Shown here: piece by piece, positions 39,855 to 54,032 of the stretch | Numbering within the stretch: the first letter of the stretch is position 1 | Layout: the number at the start of each line of letters is the position of its first letter | Source: Trichosphaerium sp. ATCC 40318 | Taxonomy: Eukaryota; Protista; Tubulinea | Direction: 5' to 3' | NCBI GenBank assembly: GCA_038496445.1 | Contig: JALMLS010000015.1 | Location: 372,001-436,000, forward strand | DNA length: 64,000 bases | Notes under the pieces: model-generated | The model's database searches: none | Told to the model about the DNA's origin: nothing | The model's input: only the letters and a program-made list of their open reading frames with translations | Program-made: the position numbers and the translations under genes

Positions 39855-41073
39855 ATGGGCAACTCAAGCGGAAATTTAAACAGTTCTAGTACTGCTGACC
39901 AAGTAGCGGAACATTACAATGTTGATTTGACTGATAAAGTTGCATTGGTAACAGGTAACGCTCTTATTACTGTAGTAGAAGGTGTCTTATTATTTTTTAA
40001 GGCTCTAATGTTGGTATTGGGTTTGAAACTGTCCGAGTGTTAGTAAAACACCACGCAAGAGTCATTATGGCTTGTAGAAACCTAGATAAAGCCAGAGAAG
40101 CTGCTGCTAAGATAAAAGAGTTAATCCCGGAAGCTTGTATTGATGTTTCAGAGGTGCGTGTAGCAAAACCTATGAGAGACAAGTCATAGACTAGTTTGAC
40201 ACTTATTTTGCGTCTAGTTGGACTTGGCCTCTCTTGCATCGGTCAGACGTTGTGCAACAAAGCTATTAGAAGAGGAAACAAAAATTGACTTGCTGATCCT
40301 AAACGCAGGTAAATAGACCATCTATGGTTGTGAAGTTACTTACTTGGTGTTAGGTATAATGGGTGTACCTCAAGGAGAAACAGAGGATGGTTTTGAAAGG
40401 CATATGGGTGTCAATCATTACGGACATTTTCTTTTTGCAAACATGCTTTTACCTCTTGTTAAAAAAGTACCAAACTCGCGTATTATTTCTGTTTCTTCTT
40501 TGGCGCATGAATGGGGTCAAGTTCAGTTAGATGACATGAAATTTGAGAAGCGAAAGTATGGTTGGATGGCCGTAAGTTATCGTCTTTCCTTTTTTTTTGG
40601 AAAATTGTTGTAGTTCAGATCTCCTTCTAACATTGCTCTTAGGCCTATGGCGCCTCTAAAACAGCGAATATTCTGTTTACTGTAGAATTACAACGTCAGC
40701 TTGCTGAGGAAGGATCTACGACTACTATTAATGCCTTGATGCCTGGTGTTGTAAGGACAAACTTGTTCAGAGAGTTTGGTATTTTCCAACTTGCCATGTC
40801 TCTTTTACCTTTCACTAGCAAGACTCCAAACCAAGGAGCTGCTACTACAATGTACTGTGCGTGCGCTCCAGAATTACAGGGCGTTGGAGGGAACTACTAT
40901 GAGAACTGCAAGGTACTTTTGTTTTTTTCTGTTTGTCAACAACTTGGATCTTTCTTGTTTCGTTCTCTTTGTTAATTTCTCCTTAGCTCACAACTTCAAA
41001 ACCATACACTACCGATCCACAATTAGCAAAAGATTTTTGGGCTCTAAGTAAAAAAATGGTTGGACTAGAGTAG
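39855..41073 (+). CDS. Short-chain dehydrogenase/reductase (RDH11-14/WWOX-like)
   Basis: VTGSNVGIG, LNAG, VNHYGHF, YGASK catalytic motif, QGAATT; MGNSS myristoylation-like start. Confidence 0.92.
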
Positions 41074-41604
41074 TAATACTGTAATAAAGGTATTCACAAA
41101 ATATGATTTGTGAGTTTTACATCTCGACTTGCTTTTATTTAAAACAGGCACATTTTGGACAAGATCATAAAATTTTGCGTTTTCTAGGCCACTTACATCA
41201 TAATTTTATGCTCTTGTACAAACTTTTCGTTTTTAGCTAGTATTTGCTTTGCAGTTATCTGTGGGCGCAAGGGTATTCATTACAAAAGTTCTTAGCCCAA
41301 ATAAAAAATGTCTAGTTGAAAATGAAAAGTCGAAATGACACTACAGCTGTTTTGCACTATAATGTGCTTGTGTAACTAAAAGCTATCCATTAGTGTATCC
41401 CCCATGGAGTACTTTACGTTAGCATAAGAGCAGAAAGTCACGTGTGCACTTAATCGGAGTGGCCTTTTAAAAGTAAGCTTAGTGTTAATTTATAAAATAG
41501 CGTTATTTCAGGACAAAAAAGAAAAAATAAAAAAAAGTCAGGAATTGTTTTGACAAAACGGGAACTTCCTGTAAAGGCATAAGCTTACTGTACCACTCCT
41601 AAAC

Positions 41605-44600
41605 ATGCGCAGTAAACCGGGCTGCATAATTTTGGTATCGCTTTTAGCGGCCTTACTAGCGACTATCCAAGCATACGACATTTCTTGGGAAAACAAAGAA
41701 ACTACCCTTACTATTCCGCCAGGAGGCTTTGACTTTGTACGTTTGTGCTTTTTGAACGCGTTTTGCGCTTATCATTGAAACTGCTAACGAAACAGGACGT
41801 AAACGCTACCGTTGGGCGAATTGTACTACAAGTAACTGTGTTAAATGAAGAAATCGACATAGAGTACGCTTTAAACCGACAACTTTTTGCATATTTATTG
41901 TAGTGCGTTCAACGTAACAAAAGTGGTTAGGAAACTATACGATGACGATTTTTCAGACTGTGGTGATAAATTATGCTTAAAATTTGATTCAAATGCTATT
42001 TCTACAACATCAAGTGACGGATTCACTTCCACGTATTGCTGGGGTTTAACTACAACTACAACGCTCTTTCAAGGACTGAACAGAAGCATATTAGTATCAG
42101 TTAAATCAAGTAGAGGTGCTTTTTTTTTGTTGTTTTTGCGAGAGATTTACAATTTACGGTTTGGTGTCAAATACAATTTGATACTATAACACAATACCCC
42201 TTTTACATTTCAAACGTTGAATCTTTTGAAGCAAAATTCTTGACATGTCACAAGTTGTCGTGCAACTTTTTTTTTTGCTCCTTCTTTGTCACGTGTACAA
42301 AAATTCAAATTACTATGGTGACAATATTGCTCTTATGACAAACCTCTTGTTTTCGTATATATTGTGTTCATGTATTTGTGTATTATTGCTTAAGTAGTAT
42401 TAATGTGTTGTAGTACAAACAACGAATTTCGTGTTGAAACAAGAAGAAGTTGGTGGAGAGATTAAATTCGCAGGAACTTTTCCTGGTTCTTTTTTTGGTA
42501 TTGTTGAGATACCAAATATCATCAATAACAATAAGCAATCCTTGACAAGACCTTTTTTAAAATGCTATACACAATCAAATGGATCAGTGCGCTTTATAAA
42601 GTATCGTCCACCAACAACATTCTTGTGTCCAACAACAGTACGTATCTTACTCAATTTTTTTTTCTTGTCAATAGTAAAATACACTGTTGTTGCTTGTTTG
42701 CAGTGCCAACGTCAAATCTTTTCATGAAATACCGTATATAACTTGGATAAATACCTCCAATACTTTATACGGTTTGCTTGTTAACATGTGGCTTAGATAG
42801 ACTATGAAGCTTCAATAGGGAAAAATGGAGCATTCACAACCTTTTTGGACGAAGATAAACTTTCGCCAGGAAGCAAGTTTTATGTAGAATCTACGGAATC
42901 TACAGAGACAAAAATAGAGTGTAGCTTTATTGTTGGTACGCTTTACTGTCTGAGTTACAACCGACCGCAACTTTGAGAAAAATTGTATTCAGTTCAATTG
43001 AACAGTTACATCTACTTCTTTAACACTTGCCTATTTTCATTTTGTGACCCTCCACTTTCCTGTTTTACTATTAGCTACTCCTATCTGTATTTTTCTTGTC
43101 ACCAAGTTCTTGAAATCAGTTCAGTACTGGTGGGAGGCTACGGTGACCCTAGTAAATATATCTATTAACTTTGTTCAATAGAACGTATTCCTACACTACC
43201 TGAAAAGTTATCAGTACCAATGTTTATGGTATACTTACTACCTTTGGTTGATCGTGCTCATCCTACATTACTTTCCGTAGAATTAACTGGGACAGCTGAC
43301 GTACTGTTTCTGCTTCAAGGGTTTTACAACACTAACTTTTTTTTGTTCCAGGCGTTGACTATATCAGGCGAGACCTGTAGCAAATATGCTTCAGTTCAAC
43401 ATATTCGTAGCCTCACAAATTCTGGAGGTCATATACTAGTCGGATCTTGCTGTTGCGAGTCTGGATTTGCATTGGTAACATATAATAAGCCTTCAGCATA
43501 CATATCCGAAAACATATCAGCAATCATTACGCAATCAGAATGTATGTTATCATCCTTATGTATAACTGTACTCCATTAATTTGTTATTGTCGTAGACGAA
43601 GTACCTGTGTACGAGGCAGAAGAAGTATGGGATGTTGAAGAAGGTGTATTCAAGGAGGACTTGATGAATCTGACAGCCAGTTTCTTGGCAATAGATTATG
43701 GTCCTCAACCTAATCTTAAGATGCCTATCCATCAAATTACCCTTGGGCGTGGCTTAGCTTGTTTAATGCCTAACCATGATACTCAAAATATGTGGATTGC
43801 TACAGAAAAAAATGTGTCAGGAGCACTTACGCTTAGCGACAATTTTTACGGGTTTTCTAATAAAAATGCATCTGTTGCAACTAATTTTCCAGCAGCTGAT
43901 GGTGCTAAAAGTAAGCGTATTTTATACATGTCATGTGATTTTTATTTACGTATTTTGTTTGTTTAGCTATGGATGTTGTGTTTACAGAAAACAATTTGCA
44001 GCTCTTCCACTTAGACGTTGCAAAAGTGTTAGAACTCTATGGATCAATTTTGACTGATAGCGCAGGGATAAAGCTTATTGCAAAATCCAAGTTACAAAAC
44101 GGAGGTAATACAACATATGGAATAACCAAAGATGGTTTTGATAGTCAGACATACGGAAATGAAAAGGTGACTATGTTCTCTAAGTGCTTCGTGACAAACC
44201 CAACACGTGAACTTGTACGTCTTTTTTTGCCCAAAAAAAAAAGCAAGTATTCCTTTACCCGGTTGTTTCTCTGACATTTACTGTCTTAGGTTAATAATTA
44301 TATGTACTTTGTCCAAGATATTGACTCAAACACGGATAATCAGTTGATACTGGAAAAAGAGAATGAAACAAGTATGTACTGCTCGAACAGATTCTGTCAA
44401 CTATCCAAAAAAACCAAAACTCGCAACAAAAACTTCTTGTTTTTGTTTCTTGTCAACCTTCACATACCTCGCATCAGTAATATTATTAACATGTTATTTT
44501 AGATTTTTACAGAGCAACCTTTCAAAATGGAGAAGTTTATGACCTTGGTGATGAAACAGAGGGCCTGACTCACTATTTCGAATTTGATGTCCCAGAAAAC

Positions 44601-47142
44601 ACTGAATTTTTTTATCTAAACAAGTTCGTTAGTGGGGGAAATGCGTACACAGTATCAATATACTATCCTGAGGACTGTGAAAATGTATGCATATGAACTA
44701 TATATGTATTATATGTAGCCTAAGATATTAACAACTGTTTATGTAGAAGTACCCAACCAATTCTCCTATTGTACTTAATCCGGTTCCTGGAAAATGGTAC
44801 CATTTTCAACACAGTTCTATCTTCTTTTAGGCTAAGTTACCATTCAGGATCATAAATGTTCCAGGAGGTTATACTTGTGATGGTGTTAATGATGAAGAGT
44901 GTAAGCTTTCATTACACGGTATGAATTCTAGACCACCCTAAACAAGCAAGTCAGTTAAGGTTCTATTTAGTTGTTGCAAAAGAGGATTTCGTTGTGCTTG
45001 ATAAAGCACAGACTATAACACCAAAAAATAATACTTGGTACAATATTCCTAAGGAGTTATGGACTACTCATTTTATGCAACCTTTTGGAGATGGCTTGCT
45101 AATGTACTCACACATGAACGAAAACCTTTTTCTTTTTTTTTTTTCTTTTTTTGTACATCTCATCGCAATTTGCGCTGTTTTGTGTCAAGGATAATTGATT
45201 TACAACTTTTAGGAGACGTTCAGCATATCATTTACCATCTCAACGAATATGCTCTCTCACACGTTTTGGTAAAGAGAGTAGAGTACTTGAATTGACTTTT
45301 AATATGTGTCTAAATTCAACAAATGATTACCGTGATATCATTGCTGGTATGTATTTTATCAATATGTTATCACGATTATTATCTCTGCTAACTCTCCTAT
45401 TAATAAAGAAGCAATTGGTATACATAAATGGGTGGTTCTTATGTATGGTAAGAATGAGAGACCTCTAGCACTGACGGAATACTGCCCGAAATACAATAGC
45501 TTCAGAGAAAAAACTTTTTATGTTGACATTGACAGAACAGACGAACCTCTTGTTTACCTTGAAAGGCTTGTTGAGAAGATGAACGGTAGATCAGATGTCA
45601 TTAGAGCACAGTTAGTATCCACAGATGCATTAAAATACAAGAACAGAACAAACGGAATTGGAAATTCAGAATGCCATGAATATTTCAATGCTTATTTTAT
45701 GGCCACTGACACATCTCGCTTGCGTGTCGTTGAACGCTCATCATGTGCGTTAAAAAACCACCTAAAAAGAACCAATAATTAAATCCAACTAACTATTGTG
45801 CTAGTGCCTCAGTTGGCGCCAGCCTCCAATGAGTATCAGCAGTATGATTATTCAACCTACAAGTTTGATCAGGAAGAAGTAAAGTTTGTTTCAATGTATT
45901 TCCCTGCCGTCAAAGGATGTGTTCAAAGCACATATACTACTTGCTATGATGAAGTTGAATCTCTTCTTTTCGCACCTTGTAGAGGTTTAAAAGATATCAC
46001 GTTCTTTAATCCAAACCAGGATAGCATCAACATTCAGGAGTTTTGTGCGTTTCTTCTTTTTGATATGTCAGATGTCATGTTAACTCTTTTTGTGATAGCT
46101 GACGTTACTGTGATTGAGCAAAACATTACGGTTGAGCAATCAAAAGTTAAATCAGCATTTCTTTATGAGATTACACCAACAAGTGATAATCTCTACGTAA
46201 TTACCGAGGACCTATCCGTTACAATGTCGTTTTCAATTTTGGAAGCTGAACAAAAAGATTGCACAGGTGAATCTTATCTTGCGTACGTACTATGAAAAGA
46301 CCAAAACTGTATTTTTTCCCTTTCGTTTATCAGAAAACCAACGCTTTGCACGTGAAACAAGGTTAAGTCATACAGATTGGAATGGTTTAAGTTCCGTAAA
46401 ACGTATTTTCTTTGAACTCTTTAACAAAGCCGTTGTTTTCTGTTCTAGTAGCGAAGTCTTTGCTATAACTTTAGTTTTATTCTTACTAACGGCACCATTG
46501 TAGGACTGTTCAAAAAACAAAGACATCTTCAGAACCACTAGAAAAAGGAAAGACTTACTACATTTTAATGAGTGGCGAAGGATCATTTAAAGTAGATGTT
46601 TTTGTTCCTCCTCCTGGACCTGAACCTGCAAAATACCTTTATGTAAACTACACAGAACCTACTGCTTGTGATGAAAGAGCAGAGTGTGTATCAAACGATC
46701 CATGGAAATATGATCTATCTAAAGATTGTCAAGAAATAAAAGAGGTACCTCTTTCAGTTTCCCATAATCATTGTTAATTAATTTTTTGCAATAGAGTTAT
46801 GATGCCAATAAAGAGCACTTCTGCAGGGCGTTTGGTGGTAATAGTATACCTCAAATGTGTTATAGCACATGTAAGGTCGTAAATGAGGCTGGCTGTAAGC
46901 CATTTTCATTTACTTGTGTCAATGCTCCAGTTCAACATTGCTTTGATATTGACTCTAAACTTATTGACGAAATTGAAGATAGTATTGGTGGTAATGACGA
47001 ATTATTACCTATGTGGGCTTATATTGCAATTGGTGCAGGTGCCCTTTTATTGATTATAACAATTATCATTATCATTATTATAGCTGCAGTTTGTTGTTGT
47101 AGAAAGAGCGAGGAGCCTGCTTCATACCTATCAATGATGTAA
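41605..47142 (+). CDS. Large single-pass type I membrane protein of unknown family (roughly 25 exons)
   Basis: Signal peptide, long ectodomain with Cys-rich juxtamembrane region, TM WAYIAIGAGALLLIITIIIIIIIAAV followed by CCC and a short tail ending YLSMM; a single-gene model is inferred. Confidence 0.6.
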
Positions 47143-47535
47143 TATTTTTAGTGAAATAAATTAGTTGCTCCACGAAATTCTTGGGTTTTTTTTAAAGTTG
47201 CAGTACTACTCTACAAGAGAAGTCCTTCTATCAACAAATTATCATTTGTTGAATACCTGGTAAACATTAAAAAGTATGAATACTAGCAACCAGCTATGAA
47301 CATTTGTATGCTGAGTTTTGCTTCAAACTGAAAATAAAAAAACAATATATGTATGTTATTTTGTTCTCGGCAGAGGTTACGTCTTAATGAAATTCTACAT
47401 ACAAGTCGTCACCAAGACCGTCGATATTCTTAGATTTTGCTACGGTAAGACAATAGGTAAAATCAAAGCCGGCTTGAGGTTGACCAAAGTTCTGTGAAAC
47501 GGTTTATGGAAAATACTTGAACCAAAAAAAAAGTA

Positions 47536-48729
47536 ATGGGCCAGGTTAACAAAGCTGTCAGCGTATTGGGTGGTAGCACAGAACAAGGATATAAGGACGG
47601 AACCCTCCAAAATGCTAAATTCTCATTAGTATCTGGGTTATGTTATGTAAACGAAAGAACTGTGAGCTGTGACGCGTTTTAAACAATATTTACGAATTTT
47701 TAGCTTCTTGCGGTTGATAACCGACCAAATAACGTTATTCGCTCTATAGACACTACAGCGAGTATAGTTACTACGCTTTGTGGCACAGCAGGTGAAAAAG
47801 GGATGAAAGACGGAGAGTTTGGAAGCGAAAAGACATTACTTCAAAATCCGACTACAGCGAGTCTTCTTGGTGATGATGTGTACTTTATTGATGCTAATAA
47901 TATCAGAAAAATATCCTTTAAGGTTAGAAATATTGATAGAGTACAGTTGCAAACACAGTCTCACGTGATTTTTCAAAAATAGGAAAAAAAAGTATCAACT
48001 GTTTGTAATATGAATGGGTACATGGTTCATGGAGTTACTGCTGCTAGTGATAAGCTGTTATTATGTTGTTATGATTGTATACTTATTGTGGATCTTGGAG
48101 GAAATATACTAAAAACAATTGGAACACCTGGTGATGCAGGGTATCAAGATCGTGAGCCCCGAAAAAAATTGTTCACAAAATATTGATAGTTGGCTTGTTT
48201 AGGGAGTGGACAAGGGACTTCGAAGTTTAATGGTGCTTGCAACGCCGCTGTATCTAGTGATGGTAAATGTGCGTATGTATGTGATTATAACAACAAGGCT
48301 TTACGTTATATTCACCTTGAAAGCGGCATGGTAAGAACAGTTGACAAAAGATTTAATATGCCCAAAGTTGCATGCTATTGTGCAGGTACCCTCCACTTCT
48401 TTTGGAAAATATAGTCGTTGATTGTTCAAATGAACTATTTTAATAACCTTAGAACAAAGAGTACACGTTTTTAAGAACGAACATGTTCGAGCTTAACTTC
48501 TTTTTTTTTTTCTTCTTTTTTTTTATAGTCGCGAACTAAGTGTTACCTCTTAGGTGTTCTGTACATTGCAGATTTTGGGGATGGTATAAAGAAGGTTGTT
48601 GATGGTAGTGTTCAACCGTTTATAAGTATCCCTAAGAAACCTCTGGCTATGTGCTCTGATGGAAAGCAGTATTTGTATGTATGGGACAGTGATAAAAAAC
48701 TTTGTAAAATAAATGTTATGGAGGTTTAA
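47536..48729 (+). CDS. NHL-repeat beta-propeller protein
   Basis: GYKDGTLQNAKF, VTTLCGTAGEKGMKDG, GDAGYQD, YVCDYNNKALR, LYIADFG. Confidence 0.8.
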
Positions 48730-49332
48730 AAGACTTTACCAACTAAGGTGTATCATTGCGTCGCAGAGATTTCTTGTAATGAGTGTAATCATTCATTAGA
48801 TACAAAAGTTTTTGGCACGTTTGTGAAATGGTAAATTAAAGTTTGGGAATGTTAGGTTTCGAACTTTGTTCGAAATCATATTTGGTCATTGTAGAGTGTT
48901 TCTCGACGCTCAAAAAGCGTAATACGCTGGATTGAATTGTTTTTTTTTTTATGATTTCGAACACGTGATACAAATTTTAGTCTCAGGCTGTTTTTTCGGC
49001 GTCGTTTGTCTTGTTGTGGTGATTATTAGCTGTCAAACGCGATTGTCCCAGTTTCTCCAATATTTTGACTTTCGAACAGTTCGAAAGAGCGTATGGTGAT
49101 ATTAGATACTAACTCATTGAAAAGAGGATAGTATTTTAAGATAGTTTTTTAGTTAGCGAAAAATAGTTTTGTGTTGCTGAGTGAGAATGTACTTTCGTTT
49201 ATCTCTTATCAGGCGAGCATCCCTGGTGATAGTTTTCAATATTGGCGTCGGGTGTTCTATGAAGGTGGGTTAAGTCACTAAGTACACTTCCCTTTTCAGT
49301 CATTATAATCAAAACAACACCAAGATCAAAGC

Positions 49333-50044
49333 ATGGCTGCAAATATTCCTATTGTACTTTTTGGCGCCGGTGGTTCTGGAAAGACAGCTTTAACAATACG
49401 CTTTATTAAAAACCAATTTGTAATAACCTATGGTACGTCAAAGATGTTGTTTGTTTCGTTTCGAACAAATTTTTCTGTTTGGTTCTTTGACTCATGTCCG
49501 CCTTAGATCCAACACTAGAAGACTCGTACAGAAAGCAAATATGGGTTGATGGCGATGCATACCTCATTGACATTCTAGATACGGCAGGCCAAGAAGAATT
49601 CAGTGCTCTGTGTGACATCGTACGGGTTTTATTTTTCGAACAAAATCGAACATGTAAAAAAAATCACGTGTTCTAATGTTGTTTTAGTACACTCGAAACG
49701 CGAAAGGATTTTTGCTTGTGTACTCGATCCTTTGTGACTTTTCATTCAAAAACCTCAAAGAATGCCATGACAATATCAAACGCGTATGCAATACATCAGA
49801 TGTTCCTATAGTCGTTGCTGGAAACAAGTGCGATTGTACGGATAGACAAGTTTCAAAAAGGAGAGGATCATCTTTTGCATCAAGTATTTCTGCCTCCTTC
49901 TTTGAAACATCCGCCCTAACAGGAGAAAACGTGAAAGAGTGCTTTGACGAATTAGTACGCAAGGTAGTACGACAGAGTAATAAACCACCGAAAAACAAGA
50001 AGAGAAGACTGGCGAAAAAATTAAACCCATGCAAGCTATTGTGA
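49333..50044 (+). CDS. Ras-family small GTPase (2 introns)
   Basis: [40 protein letters not shown]. Confidence 0.95.
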
Positions 50045-50458
50045 CAATCTTCAAATGACGAAAACTGTCTCATAAAAACATTAATGTACAGGCGTAAATA
50101 CGTAATCAATGTACCAAAAAAAAAAACTCTAAAAAATCGTTGTAGTAAAAAAAAGAGAAAATAAAAAAAACTTATTGTAGTTTACTCTGGTGACTTGAAA
50201 ACGAAGCCCAAAAATACCTTCTTGCCACCTAGCCATTATCTCCTATGCATGACACAATAACAATTATAGGTTAACATACAACAACTGGACTGAGTCACCC
50301 TTGATATACTTTGGCATTTGAAGAAGCTCAAGTATGATTTTATTTTTTGTCCATTTCTAAATGAAAGTCTACATATTTTCAAAACGTTGTGGCTTAACTC
50401 CCAAAGCCGCAATTTTGACCTAGAATAGCGGAAATAGTTAAAAGAGTAAATCATTACA

Positions 50459-52234
50459 ATGACGTATAGACGTATTGTTATACTAATGCTATTGTGTTTA
50501 TTTTCAAAAGCACTTGTTTTTGAACAAAATGGCCGTAAGAACATTGTAGTATTCTCCACGTGTGCATAACATTTGTATAGTAACCTTTAACTCGCCAAAC
50601 ATATCGTGGTTATCAAAAACCTCTTGGAATAGTACAGCTGTAACAGGTACGTATAGTGCGTTCGCCACGTGCGTTTTAAAAAAAAACACTTTTAGATAAT
50701 TTTATTTTTTATGTTCTATCAGATTAACTTGATAATAGGAGATCTTGTGGCGTATGATAAGTTTATATCATTAGATAAGAATAACTCAAGTGACAAGATC
50801 GTATTTCTAACAATACAGATGTATAAATGGGGCTACCAAGTCGCGGAAGCGCGGAGAAAAGGAGCTATTGGTATTATTATTTATGATTCTCCTTACAGTA
50901 CGTGTTTTTTTATCCGTACAATCTTGTCCACTGATTGCGATTAGTGACAGGAGGGGCGCTAGAATTCTTCAGAATGAATTGGAATCAAGCACCATCAGAA
51001 CTTGAGGGTATTCCTACCGTCGAAGTCGGATTTGATTTTTTGGACTACTTCAACAAGCTGAACGACTCAACAGCTGTAAAACTGTTTCCTAATGGTTCGT
51101 GGTCAGTCTTTTTACAGGTTCTTACGGAGTTTTAATTACTTAGATAATAATCCATGGAGGCCAGTCAAGTCAATCGGATTTGTATGTAAACGTAGAGCTT
51201 GTTCATAAAAACAAAATTGGGTTTTTACACTTACAAATAGATTGTTTTCTCTGTTGCTTATGGAGCCGTGGCACTCACTTGTATTTTATTGGCTTGTTTT
51301 AAATTATATCTCATAAAACACGAAGTTGGATGTACTTTCAGTATTTCCCAAACATGTCTGGTGCTGGAGATTATCGCAAATACAGGTAAGTTTCTATCAC
51401 CAAATACTCTAAAACTCAACTGTTTAGGACGATTGTTTTATGTTACTATTGATCCAATGTACAGTCGCAGAATATTTTCAAAACTCACAGCTGCTTGTTT
51501 TGATACAGGGCTTGTGTCACTATCACTTGCAACTTCTCTATTCATTGCATTTTATTGGTAAGTGTTATAGTAGCTCACTGTTGTTTAACACCAAAAAAGG
51601 TTGGAGATAATCCGTGCAATCAAATCATTCAAAGATACAGGTGGTAAATTGAAAAGGTTCAAGATACCTTGTATTATATTAGTTGCAATTGTTTGCTCGT
51701 TGGAGTTTGGAGTATCAATTGTGCGTGGTGTCACATATTTTCCAATAGCTTTTATGTCAGTGTATATAATTTTTACATTGATGGGTATATCCATTGCTCT
51801 CTACCTTATTGTTATGGGTGTAATTGTATTAAAGCATATAAATCAAAGTAATGCAAGGTCTAAATACATCAAAAAAATTCAACGTGTACGCTCATCACAG
51901 TAGTTTTTTCTGTTCGTACAATTTTCTTACTTTATTTACAAACATGCACTCATACTTTGTTCAGGTTACATTGCAGATTATGGTTAGTGGTGTTTTTACA
52001 ATACTACTAGCGATAATTGCTTGTTGCACTCTGTGGACATTTTTTAGAAGACCCATTGCGTATTTCGTGTTATGGTCTTTGTATTGGTTTTTTCTTTTTG
52101 GAATTAGCTTACTACAGATAACAGCTATCTACAAAACGCGCAAACAACCTTCTCAATCAAAGGAAGCAACACCAAGTATTAATACAGTCCGAAGAACAAT
52201 GGTCAGTAATTCAAGAAATGCAATGACATCATAA
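50459..52234 (+). CDS. Signal peptide + PA (protease-associated) domain + 7TM protein, copy 1
   Basis: PA motif QVAEARRKGAIGIIIYD...IPTVEVG, then seven hydrophobic segments; exon structure shared with copy 2. Confidence 0.75.
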
Positions 52235-52455
52235 TTGTTTAACGCAATGACCATTGACTTGTAAAAAAATAAATTGCATAAGCCTATTGACGCCCCTTCT
52301 TCTAAATCCTTGTAGTACTTCGTCCTACAAACTGAATCAGAACGATGATACGCCTCTTCGAAATGGGTGCGAAATCACGTGATTAAGTGGTTTTTTATCA
52401 TTTTTAGGAAGTTTCTCCTTATTTCTCGTGTAAATTAGTTACTCGCACCGCTAGA

Positions 52456-53715
52456 ATGGCAAAGCGTAAACAGCTCGTAAGAATGCTAAACTTTGAAATT
52501 ATAAATTAAATTAACGCCGTGTAGAAGACCGAACAAGAGCGGGAGAAAGAAACGCTTCTCCGGCTTCCAGCGGAGCTACAACTCGATATTATGGACTTGG
52601 ATTGTAGTGCCTACATTAAATGGCCATTACTATCCAAACAAGCAGCAATATGCTCAAGGTTTAATAGTGAACTGAAAAAACAAGGCAAATGGATGAGATA
52701 CAACGGTGTTAAAAAAGCTGAAAGGTTTTATTCTGGCGGACTGAAACAAGGAGTTCTTAAGACTTGGCGGAAAGGAGGTTCTCAGATTAAACAATGTTCG
52801 TATGAGAATGATTTGCTTGATGGAGAGTATAAGACATGGTTAGCTGACGGGCGCGTAGAGGAGCATAGGTTTTACAAAAATGGTAAAAAAAACGGAGAGA
52901 GCAAGAAATTCGATTATGGTTCACTTTCCGAGCAATGCTTTTATGTTGATGGTAAGAAAGAAGGCGAATACAAATTTTGGCATGCATTTTGTGATAAGCT
53001 GGAAACCCATTGTTTTTATGTCAACAACAAGATAGAAGGAGTTTCAAAAACTTTTCATTCGGATGGTACATTGTCAACAAAAGTACTTTATAAGAATGGT
53101 CGCAAAGAAGGAAAAGAGGAGACATGGGATAACAATGGGCGATTATTGAGAGTAGCTCTTTACACCAAAGGTAAACAACGTAAAGCAGAAACCATGGAGT
53201 ACAGGGATGATAAATTACACAAGAAATGTATTTATGTTAATGGAGTAATTACTGAACAGAAGAACTGGTTTGAGAATGGTAAGATAGAAAGCCATAATCG
53301 TTACAATGGTGCCTTGGACAAGCAAGAAGGTATTCAAAAAAAATGGTACGAGAACGGCCAATTAGAATGTCAGTGCGGTTTTGTGAATAACAAGAAATGT
53401 GGCATGGAACAGGTGTGGCACAAGAACGGTCACCTAAAGAGCCAGGCGCATTTTGTTTGCGGAAAGTTAAACGGAGAGGCTAAATTTTGGCATAAGAATG
53501 GTAAGTTACAGAGTCAACGAACTTATTCACACGGAGAACAACACGGAGAAGAAAAGTTGTGGGCAAAAGACGGAAGATATTATGGTAAGTGTTTCTATGC
53601 CAATGGAAAATATGTATCTCAGGATGAAGATGAATCGTTGGAAATTTTTTCCATTATGGTTAATATACAACACTGGGACCACACTATTATTCATAATGTC
53701 ACACTTTCAGAATAA
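52456..53715 (+). CDS. F-box-like + MORN-variant (YwqK-like) repeat protein
   Basis: Exon MAKRKQL, intron 52477-52524, then one uninterrupted 1.19-kb exon: LLRLPAELQLDIM... followed by WHKNGxL...xGKLNG repeats. Confidence 0.88.
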
Positions 53716-54032
53716 TTACGAGCGTTATTACCTTGTATAAGCAAGCGACGAGTTAAGGGTACTATGGTCGATTTGAGCTGATTTTCAAACCCATTTTTAT
53801 TACTGTTAACAGAACGGTAATTTTTCTAAAACACGTGACCTGAAAAGTACGCCAATGGTCTAAAATCAGCAAATTATAGTATGTGTACATAGTCTAACTA
53901 GTAAAATTAGAGGACGTACCCTCAAATAAACCCTTTTTTTGTATCCCAATAATTACCTGCCTTAAAACAAAAAAAAACGAACACAGAATCTTCGTACTAA
54001 AACTCTTCAAAGCGACAGTTAGCGCCATCATT

